64,000 bases of DNA, from contig CAKVOE010000002.1 of assembly GCA_934778215.1 (NCBI GenBank), forward strand, positions 287,590 to 351,589. Reading direction: 5' to 3'. The notes below the pieces were generated by a model. That model was given only the letters and a program-made list of their open reading frames with translations, did no database searches and had not been told where the DNA came from. This stretch comes from an uncultured Clostridia bacterium. Lineage in GTDB: Bacteria > Bacillota > Clostridia > Christensenellales > UBA1242. Of the stretch, positions 57,331 through 64,000 are shown in pieces (within the stretch, counting starts at the first letter, position 1; every line of letters begins with the position of its first letter). The position numbers and the translations under genes were made by a program.

Positions 57331-58359
57331 ATGAGTAAATATTATGACAATATTAGCAAAGAAATAAAAGATTATTTTGAAATTTTAGAACCAAATTTCC
57401 CAGAATGGTTAAATGAATATATAGATACAAAAGAATTATTATCACAGCAATATATTAGTGTTACTTGTGGCACTATTTATTCAGACTTATTTGAAAGCAA
57501 TTTTTTCTTTTCAAGTCTAGACCATTCTGTTGCAGTTGCTTTAATTGTTTGGCATTTTACACATGATAAAAAACAAACTTTATCTGGATTATTTCACGAT
57601 ATAGCAACACCTGCATTTAAGCATTGTATAGATTTTCTTAATGGAGATTATATGACTCAAGAAGCAACAGAAGATTTGACAACAGAAATAATAAAAAATT
57701 CAAAAGAAATTATGACCTTATTAAAAAGAGATAATATTAAAATATCAGAAATAGATAATTATCATTTATATCCTATTGCTGATAATGATACACCTAAATT
57801 ATCTGCTGATAGATTAGAATATTCACTATCAAATGCTTTATTTACTTATAGATTATTAGATTCAGAAATCATTAAAGAAATATATGATGATATTGAAATA
57901 CAAACTAACGAAGAAAAAGAAATTGAATTAGGATTTAAAACTAAAAAAATTGCTAGAAACTTTGTTAAGGTTACGAGCCGATTATCCGTTATATATCGTG
58001 AAGATAGAACTAGATATTCTATGCAATTAATTGCTGATATTCTAAAAAAAATAAGTGATGAAAACAAAATTTCTAAAAAGGATTTATATGAATTAAAAGA
58101 AAGTGAAGTAATAGATATTATAGAATCTTCTAAATATAATGATATTTTTAATATTTGGAGAAATGCTAAAAAAGTAAAAACAACAAAAGAAGAACCTCAA
58201 AATGTTTATTATGTACATCATGGAGCAAAGATTAGATATATTGATCCACTATTTAATGGTAAAAGGATTTCAAAGTGTTGTAAAATTGCTAACAAAATGA
58301 TAGAAAATAATTTATCTTACGATATGAATAATTATGTATATTTAGATTTTAATTTCTGA
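57331..58359 (+). CDS. HD-domain phosphohydrolase with SAMHD1/dGTPase-like motifs
   Basis: LDHSVAVALIV...LSGLFHDIATPAFKH compares with HDIGHGPFSH. A downstream SADRLEYSLSNA compares with DxLDYxxRD. Confidence 0.5.
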   Translation: MSKYYDNISKEIKDYFEILEPNFPEWLNEYIDTKELLSQQYISVTCGTIYSDLFESNFFFSSLDHSVAVALIVWHFTHDKKQTLSGLFHDIATPAFKHCIDFLNGDYMTQEATEDLTTEIIKNSKEIMTLLKRDNIKISEIDNYHLYPIADNDTPKLSADRLEYSLSNALFTYRLLDSEIIKEIYDDIEIQTNEEKEIELGFKTKKIARNFVKVTSRLSVIYREDRTRYSMQLIADILKKISDENKISKKDLYELKESEVIDIIESSKYNDIFNIWRNAKKVKTTKEEPQNVYYVHHGAKIRYIDPLFNGKRISKCCKIANKMIENNLSYDMNNYVYLDFNF

Positions 58360-58537
58360 TAATAAAGGGTATTGGAATTCCCATACTAGAATTTATGCGG
58401 GAGTATAAATTCAGTGCTGGCTAGACATAGATTTTATTCCCATATTCAAAAAATATAAAAAAGAGGATTAAATTATTATTATAAGTTTTTCCTCTTTTTT
58501 GAAGATTATTTATATAAAAACATATTCATTTAAGACA

Positions 58538-58797
58538 ATTTCTTCTGTTGTATTTTTATAGGTGTTCATTAATTTTGTCCATTCTAATGGATTTAATTCT
58601 TTGTTTTTTTTCAGACAGTCTTTCATCATGATATTTAAAGTCTTTTAAGATGTTGGTTAAATCTTTGTTAGGTTTTTGATTTTCAATTACTTTAAAATCA
58701 AGCATGAAAAAAGTCCTTTTTTCTGTGATAAGAGGACTTTTAAAATTTTAGATAAAATAAAAATCCGCGAAACTTTAAGTACATAAGTTGATTTTAA
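58538..58797. repeat. Direct repeat, left copy (DR-L)
   Basis: It aligns with 62066-62326 at an offset of 3528. In the core 58554-58765 I saw only 2 mismatches. The flanks are more diverged, and weaker homology extends left to about 58501. Confidence 0.85.
58556..58705 (-). CDS. Possible 49-aa ORF inside DR-L
   Basis: My translation is MLDFKVIENQKPNKDLTNILKDFKYHDERLSEKKQRIKSIRMDKINEHL. A weak AAGGA RBS lies inside a hairpin. The ORF is conserved in DR-R with 2 aa changes. Confidence 0.25.
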   Translation of the reverse strand: MLDFKVIENQKPNKDLTNILKDFKYHDERLSEKKQRIKSIRMDKINEHL

Positions 58798-58802
58798 ATG
58801 TA

Positions 58803-59270
58803 AGGGGTTTAGCAATATTAAAACTATTAATTTCAACTGGTATGTGAGTTGGAGAAATTACAAGATTGAATATATCAGATATGAATTTTCAAGAAAGAAG
58901 TTGTATTGTTTTAGGAAAAGGTAATAGTGAAAAAGAGGTTTATTTTAGTGCAAAAATGTATGTAAAGAAATACATTGAAACTAGAATCAATGATAATGAA
59001 GCATTATTTGTGTCACTTTTAAAACCTTATAACAGATTAGGAAAATCAGGGATTGAAATTTTAATTAGAAATTTAGGGGAAGAAGCTAATATAAATAAAG
59101 TACATCCACATAAATTTAGAAGGACGGTGGCGACTATGGCTATTGATAAGGGTATGCAAACAGAACAAGGACAAAAATTATTAGGGCATATTAAAATAGA
59201 CACTACAATGGAATATGTTATGGTAAATCTAAATAATGTAAAAAATTTACATAGAAAATACATCACATAA
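58803..59270 (+). pseudogene. Tyrosine recombinase pseudogene: N-terminal half missing, in-frame TGA at the box-I arginine
   Basis: The frame reads ...GLAILKLLISTGM*VGEITRLNISD..., where TGA 58845-58847 replaces the R of the TGxRxxE motif. The C-terminus is HPHKFRRTVATMAIDKGM...LLGHIKIDTTMEY. Homology starts right after DR-L. Confidence 0.75.
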
Positions 59271-59356
59271 TTATTATAGTAGATTCAATATCTGAAATTG
59301 TAGACAAATGGTATAAAATGTAATATAATGGTAGCGATAATAGAGAAAGGAGTTCG

Positions 59357-59950
59357 ATGTGCATGATAGTAATTTTAGAAGGACTAGACAACACAGGAAA
59401 AACTACTATTGCAAAAATGTTAATGCAATATTATAAGATACAAGGGAAAAATGCAATTTTGGCTAAAGAATTAAGTACACCGGTTGGAGAACAAATAAAG
59501 CAATTATCTAGGGAAGGAAAACTAACACCAGAGCTAAAATCATATTTGTTTCCAGCGGATAGAAGATTGCTACTAGATGGACTTGGAGAGATAAAGAAAG
59601 ACGACATTGTTATTTTTGATAGGTATGTGCCATCTGCTATTGCATATAGAATAGCAGATGGAATTGATAAAGAGTGGGTTCAAGGAATTAACAAGAACTT
59701 TCCTAGACATGATTTAGGCTTTTATATAGATATAACTCCTGAAGAGTCTATTAGAAGAAATACAGATCAAAAATTCAACATTAGATATTCATATGAACAC
59801 TTAGATAGAGTGAGAAAAGCCTACAAAAGCATATTAGATGAATATTTACTTGAGCAAATTGATGGCAGCCAAAGCATTAACGATATTTTTAAACACATTG
59901 CTAGGAGAATAAATAACAAAATTAAAGAAAAAGAATCTATAGAGAGGTAA
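59357..59950 (+). CDS. Thymidylate-kinase-like dNMP kinase
   Basis: The P-loop is ILEGLDNTGKTT. LFPADRRLL (DRx motif region), VIFDRYVPSAIAY and a lid-like PEESIRRN are present. An AAAGGAG RBS precedes it. Confidence 0.65.
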   Translation: MCMIVILEGLDNTGKTTIAKMLMQYYKIQGKNAILAKELSTPVGEQIKQLSREGKLTPELKSYLFPADRRLLLDGLGEIKKDDIVIFDRYVPSAIAYRIADGIDKEWVQGINKNFPRHDLGFYIDITPEESIRRNTDQKFNIRYSYEHLDRVRKAYKSILDEYLLEQIDGSQSINDIFKHIARRINNKIKEKESIER

Positions 59951-60270
59951 TGAAAATGATAGATTTAGGAAAAATTCAAAAAGAAATATATCAAAATAAA
60001 ATAGATAAGGGATTTAATGTTACAGATATTAATAAAGAATTTTGTTTAGCATATGGTGAAGTATCTGAGGCATATGAAGCATGGAGAAAAAAGAAAGATG
60101 ACTTAGGAGAAGAACTTGCTGATGTTGCAATTTATTTGTTAGGATTATCTGAAATTTTAAAGATTGATTTAGAGGATGAAATACTAAAAAAAGTTTATAA
60201 GAACTCAAAAAGAGAATATAAAATTATCAATGGGATAAATATGCGGGCAAAAGAATATGAAAAAAAATAA
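59950..60270 (+). CDS. MazG-like all-alpha nucleoside triphosphate pyrophosphohydrolase
   Basis: The EExxE/D-type motifs are AYGEVSEAYEAW and LGEELADVAIYLLGL. The protein is 106 aa. Its start overlaps the upstream stop (TAATG). Confidence 0.6.
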   Translation: MKMIDLGKIQKEIYQNKIDKGFNVTDINKEFCLAYGEVSEAYEAWRKKKDDLGEELADVAIYLLGLSEILKIDLEDEILKKVYKNSKREYKIINGINMRAKEYEKK

Positions 60271-61201
60271 TATATATTTAGCTACAAAATTATTTAGTTT
60301 TTATGACAGATATGCATCAATAAATATGTATGATGCTGTTTTAAAAAGTAAAAAATATGGAAATGCAAATATTTATCTACCATTTAGAGATAGTAATATG
60401 AAAGTAAGTAATATAGGAAATGTTTCTAAAAATATTTTCGATGCAGATATAAATTCGTTAAGAAATACAGATGTATTTATTTGTAGAATTGATGGATTAT
60501 CATTTGATGCGGGAATTGGTTTTGAGTTAGGTTACTGTCTAGCAAAAGAAAGTTTATTATATGTATTTAGTACAGATTTTGTTAGAACAAAAATTTTTGA
60601 GCGTAAATTTACAATTACTAATATTGTCGATAAAATAGCTAATTCATTTTATTATGAATATAAAGATAATGAAGCTTTAAGTTACGAAGATAATTTGAAA
60701 GAAAATATTAATGAATTTACAAAATTTGTAACAGACAAGACAGATAAATATGATTTTAAATTTAAAAATAAACTTATAAGTAATAAACAATATGATGTTT
60801 TTATAGATTTGTGTGGACAAAAATATCAATGGAATGAAATTCTATTAAGCTCAATTGTAGCAGAATTAGAAAAGAATGATATTACTTATTGGATAAGTGA
60901 TAGATATAAAGCTGATTATGATTTTGAAAAAGATGTTTTGGCTTTAGATAATTGCAGAATTTATTTAACATGTTTTGATGAAAACGAACCAGATTTTGAT
61001 TCATGTATTTTACAAGGATATGCTTATCATAAAAATAAATACATAATTGGTTATGAATCCAATAACATTATATATTTTGTAGAAGGTGGACAAACTATGG
61101 GGGTTAATTTAATGATTGAACAATCATGTAACGTAATATTAAAATCATATACAGGAATTATTAATAAAATAATGGAGTTAAAAAATGAAAAAGAAAACTA
61201 A
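60257..61201 (+). CDS. Tandem nucleoside 2-deoxyribosyltransferase (NDT/DNPH1-fold) protein; the second domain is degenerate
   Basis: Domain 1 carries NIYLATKLFSFYDR...YLPFRDSN...DGLSFDAGIGFELGYCLA (NDT pattern with the catalytic Glu). Domain 2 carries DVFIDLCG...PDFDSCILQGYAY (Gln in place of Glu). The gene overlaps the upstream gene by 14 nt. Confidence 0.55.
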   Translation: MKKNNIYLATKLFSFYDRYASINMYDAVLKSKKYGNANIYLPFRDSNMKVSNIGNVSKNIFDADINSLRNTDVFICRIDGLSFDAGIGFELGYCLAKESLLYVFSTDFVRTKIFERKFTITNIVDKIANSFYYEYKDNEALSYEDNLKENINEFTKFVTDKTDKYDFKFKNKLISNKQYDVFIDLCGQKYQWNEILLSSIVAELEKNDITYWISDRYKADYDFEKDVLALDNCRIYLTCFDENEPDFDSCILQGYAYHKNKYIIGYESNNIIYFVEGGQTMGVNLMIEQSCNVILKSYTGIINKIMELKNEKEN

Positions 61202-61423
61202 TCTAGATATATTAATGATAATGTTTGGTTTTACATTTTTCTCTGGTAGTCCTACTTATAGGACATAAATATCATCTAAATTGTATAGATGTTATTATAG
61301 GTGGAATATCAGCTTGCTTTTTTAAATTTTGAATATCTTCAATAAATGCAATTATAGTTACAAGTTTGATAACGATAGTTGGAAATTATAATAGTAAAAG
61401 GATGAATAAAGGTGGTCGTAGTT

Positions 61424-62089
61424 ATGAAAATAAGTGAATTAAACACGGAATATGATAAGTTACAATTACAGTATGGAGCAAAGGAGTTAACATCTATATA
61501 TAATGGAGGATGCACTGATAATCCAGATTTTTGTTTTGTTTTTATGAATCCTACTGGAAAAAATATTGCATCAGATCCAAATTGGAAAGGGAGAAGATCT
61601 CCTTGGATTGGAACTAAGAATATATGGAAATTGTTTTATAAAATAGGATTGCTTGATGAAAAAATATATAGTGATATTATGTCAAAAAAGCCACAAGAGT
61701 GGGATGAAAAATTTGCAGATTTAGTATATGCTGATGTAGAAAAACACAAATATTTTATAACTAATTTAGGAAAATGTACACAGGTAGATGCTAGAGTATT
61801 GTCAAATTCGGTTTATAGTCAATATTTAGATTTATTATGCAAAGAAATAGAAATAATTAATCCTAAGACAATTATAACACTTGGAAACCAAGTAAGTTCT
61901 ATTGTGTTGGATAAAAATATATCAGTATCTCAATGTAGAAAACAAAACTTTTTAAAGAATATAGCTGGTATGGAATATAAAGTATACCCAGTTTATTATC
62001 CTATTGGAAACGGAATGATGAATATAGACAAAGCAATTGAAGACTTGAATTTTATTATAAAAACAAATTCTTCTACTGTAATTTTATAG
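61424..62089 (+). CDS. Uracil-DNA glycosylase superfamily protein (MUG/SMUG-like motif 1)
   Basis: Motif 1 FVFMNPTGKN compares with G(I/M)NPG. YFITNLGKC, INPKTIITLGNQV and VYPVYYPIG follow the UDG fold order. I prefer the ATG at 61424 after AAAGGTGG. Confidence 0.5.
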   Translation: MKISELNTEYDKLQLQYGAKELTSIYNGGCTDNPDFCFVFMNPTGKNIASDPNWKGRRSPWIGTKNIWKLFYKIGLLDEKIYSDIMSKKPQEWDEKFADLVYADVEKHKYFITNLGKCTQVDARVLSNSVYSQYLDLLCKEIEIINPKTIITLGNQVSSIVLDKNISVSQCRKQNFLKNIAGMEYKVYPVYYPIGNGMMNIDKAIEDLNFIIKTNSSTVIL

Positions 62090-62326
62090 GTGTTCATTAA
62101 TTTTGTTCACTCTAATGGATTTAATTCTTTGTTTTTTTTCAGACAGTCTTTCATCATGATATTTAAAGTCTTTTAAGATGTTGGTTAAATCTTTGTTAGG
62201 TTTTTGATTTTCAATTACTTTAAAATCAAGCATGAAAAAAGTCCTTTTTTCTGTGATAAGAGGACTTTTAAAATTTTAGATAAAATAAAAACTCACAAAC
62301 TTTTAAGTCCGTAAGTTAATTTTAAT
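62066..62326. repeat. Direct repeat, right copy (DR-R), ending at the tRNA 3' end
   Basis: See DR-L. Its left edge contains the last codons and stop of the UDG-like gene. Its right edge is 1 nt from the tRNA CCA end. Confidence 0.85.
62084..62233 (-). CDS. Possible 49-aa ORF inside DR-R
   Basis: It has the same frame and length as the DR-L copy, differing only at ...SIRVNKINEHL. Confidence 0.25.
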   Translation of the reverse strand: MLDFKVIENQKPNKDLTNILKDFKYHDERLSEKKQRIKSIRVNKINEHL

Positions 62327-62400
62327 TGGAGCGGATGATGGGAATCGAACCCACGCTATAAGCTTGGGAAGCTCATGTTCTGCCATTAAACTACATCCGC
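62327..62400 (-). tRNA. tRNA-Gly (anticodon CCC)
   Basis: The reverse complement GCGGATGTAGTTTAATGGCAGAACATGAGCTTCCCAAGCTTATAGCGTGGGTTCGATTCCCATCATCCGCTCCA folds as a cloverleaf. It has a 7-bp acceptor stem, the anticodon loop TTCCCAA, a GTTCGATT T-loop, a U discriminator and an encoded CCA. Confidence 0.9.
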
Positions 62401-62419
62401 AAGGTTGTTTATAAAAGTT

Positions 62420-62448
62420 ATTTTAGCACAAACAATAGTTTATTGCAA
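62420..62448 (-). promoter_or_regulatory. Possible promoter of tRNA-Gly
   Basis: On the minus strand: TTGCAA, 17 nt spacer, TAAAAT, about 19 nt before the tRNA 5' end. Confidence 0.4.
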
Positions 62449-62613
62449 ATGGTTTATTTGTTTTTGCATATATTTTTATGCCCTGGTGGAAGTGCGTGGT
62501 GTATTAAGCGGTTTTTAACCCCCAAAACATTATTTTTGCGAGAAAATAAAACCATTGGTTTAATTTGGTAATAAGGCTTTTTGTGGGCAAAAAGGGGTAA
62601 AGTTTTTACCAAT

Positions 62614-62642
62614 TTGACAACGCAATAATTTTGTGTTATAAT
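62614..62642 (+). promoter_or_regulatory. Consensus sigma-70 promoter
   Basis: TTGACA, 17 nt spacer, TATAAT. Confidence 0.55.
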
Positions 62643-62733
62643 ATGGTTAGTGTTTTAAAATAAATTTTTCTATTAAAACACTACACATATTGATTTTGCA
62701 CTTGTCTAGCAAAATCAAATAGGAGAACTTTTT

Positions 62734-63201
62734 ATGGACAAAAGTTTTGAGGCCTCCCCCAATTCGGTGGACGGTCGAGAAATGAATGGAGTAAAAAGCT
62801 TTCTGTTAGATATAAGAAATAAATTAAAGGAGAAGAGTACAGAGGTTCGATTAAGATTAATTCCCTTTACGAACTTTACCTTTTTGGAAGAGGAAAGAGA
62901 GGGTGTGGTTGTTTGTAGCGGTGTTGAGTTTTTGGACTACATGAAGGGAATAAGGTACAAACCCCAAAACGCAAAAGAATTTTTTTGCTGTATGTATGGG
63001 CTAAACGAAAGTTGCAAAAACAGCATTAAGCGTCACGGCGATTATTTTAGAGAAAAAATTATTAGTCAAGCACAACACAACGGCTGGAATATGGCTGATA
63101 CGCAAATTGCACTAGATTTAGCACTTTCTAAAATAGAAAAAACCAATAAAAATAATCAATCTAACAGAGAAAGTTTTAACTCCGAAGAAGAAAAAGAGTA
63201 A
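62734..63201 (+). CDS. Hypothetical protein, no family recognised
   Basis: An AGGAG RBS precedes 155 codons, with the consensus promoter upstream and a terminator downstream. Confidence 0.5.
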   Translation: MDKSFEASPNSVDGREMNGVKSFLLDIRNKLKEKSTEVRLRLIPFTNFTFLEEEREGVVVCSGVEFLDYMKGIRYKPQNAKEFFCCMYGLNESCKNSIKRHGDYFREKIISQAQHNGWNMADTQIALDLALSKIEKTNKNNQSNRESFNSEEEKE

Positions 63202-63207
63202 CAACGG

Positions 63208-63242
63208 AACTCATTTCAACATTTGTTGAAGTGAGTTTTTTA
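63208..63242 (+). terminator. Rho-independent terminator
   Basis: The stem AACTCATTTCAAC / GTTGAAGTGAGTT is followed by a T-run. Confidence 0.6.
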
Positions 63243-63402
63243 TTTGCAAACAACCTTTGTAATACTTTTATCTTAATAAATGTGCTTATTATAAACAACT
63301 TTTTTGTTGTATGGTAAAGAGCGAAATAAAGATAAATATTTGCTAGCAATTTTTAGATTTGTGTGCTATAATACTTGTCAATAAATTACTAGGGGTAAAA
63401 AT

Positions 63403-63906
63403 ATGTTTAATGAATTGACCGAAGTTGATATAAAAAAGATGCAAGAAGAAATAGATTATAGGGATACTACTCTTCGTGCAGAACTTATTGCAAATTTAAA
63501 GGACGCAAGAGAACTTGGCGATTTAAGTGAAAACGCCGAATACCATATAGCAAAGCGTGAAAAAAACCGAAACGAGAGCCGTATTAGATATTTAAAAAAT
63601 ATGATAAGAACGGCAAAAATTATAACTACAAACTCAAATGCAGATGAGGTGGGTATTTTTGATAAGGTTGACCTATATTTTGAAGACGATGACGAAACCC
63701 AAACCTATATGATATCTACAACTCTAAGACGCAATCCAGATGCCAACATAATTAGCAAGGAATGCCCTCTTGGCAAAGCCATAGTAGGAAAAAGAGTGGG
63801 GGATAGGTGTTTTGTTAAGGTAAGCGAAGATGTTGGATATTATGTTGTTATCAAAAAGATTACCAAGGGTAAAGATGATGAAAGCTTGCCAATAACCAAA
63901 TATTAA
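63403..63906 (+). CDS. greA: Transcription elongation factor GreA
   Basis: The coiled-coil N-terminus carries ARELGDLSENAEYHIAKREK. The C-terminal FKBP-like domain carries ISKECPLGKAIVGKRVGD. Confidence 0.9.
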   Translation: MFNELTEVDIKKMQEEIDYRDTTLRAELIANLKDARELGDLSENAEYHIAKREKNRNESRIRYLKNMIRTAKIITTNSNADEVGIFDKVDLYFEDDDETQTYMISTTLRRNPDANIISKECPLGKAIVGKRVGDRCFVKVSEDVGYYVVIKKITKGKDDESLPITKY

Positions 63907-64000
63907 AAGTTTAGCCTCATTAAAATTTAAAGACAGGGTGAAAAACCTATAAAAGCAATTAAATTCAAATTAAATACACTATGACGAAAATTTCTATATG

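Larger units (their letters stand above)
57212..62326. mobile_element. AT-rich integrative-island remnant abutting the 3' end of tRNA-Gly(CCC)
   Basis: Composition drops sharply (10/60 and 14/60 G+C at 57331-57390 and 60301-60360, versus 23/60 at 53041-53100 and 13501-13560). The island contains a truncated integrase and a 260-290 bp internal direct repeat. Its right end is adjacent to the tRNA CCA end at 62327. Confidence 0.6.

Noticed and set aside
58845-58847. In-frame TGA in the integrase as evidence for an alternative genetic code or selenocysteine
   Set aside because: All long genes translate cleanly with the standard code. TGA terminates tlyA (57209-57211) and the HD gene (58357-58359). 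The codon sits where Arg is expected (CGA to TGA), and the gene also lacks its 5' half. This is a pseudogene.

Overview
The window reads as chromosome from a low-GC, anaerobic Bacillota (Clostridia-like) organism. Hand counts on a few 60-nt lines give about 38% G+C. Gene density is high, RBSs are AGGAG-type, and several promoters match the sigma-70 consensus. Clearly recognisable core genes are hisS, a glycolipid glycosyltransferase plus acyltransferase pair, HelD, and phosphohexomutase. Also clear are a trimeric HydABC-type [FeFe] hydrogenase operon, the str operon (rpsL-rpsG-fusA-tuf), and an rluA-like / methyltransferase / CBS operon. A Bacillus-type long SRP RNA, tlyA, greA and tRNA-Gly(CCC) complete the set. 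Accessory content includes an M6-like secreted metalloprotease with Cys-rich repeats and a lone tyrosine recombinase. There is also a two-subunit AcnX dehydratase operon led by an OYE/FAD enoate-reductase-like gene, with a second paralogue elsewhere. An LtaS-like gene is followed by an apparent YidC::TagF-like fusion. A run of membrane proteins carries disordered K/S/T-rich tails, and several genes have no recognisable family. A 1,130+ aa HRDC/DUF4011 helicase-like protein has degenerate ATPase motifs. A 1,669-aa surface protein is built from about 19-20 MBG-like repeats. The most interesting region is 54.9-62.3 kb. Two much more AT-rich segments flank tlyA and end exactly at the 3' end of tRNA-Gly. 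They carry a CYTH protein, a SAMHD1-like HD protein and a dead integrase. They also carry a translationally coupled Tmk-like / MazG-like / tandem-NDT cassette followed by a UDG-superfamily gene. That cassette is bracketed by a roughly 260-290 bp direct repeat. I read this as a decayed integrative island whose cargo is entirely deoxynucleotide-directed. It could be a candidate surveillance or anti-phage module, or a phage-derived pool-remodelling module. All functional calls rest on motif recognition by eye; no searches were run.
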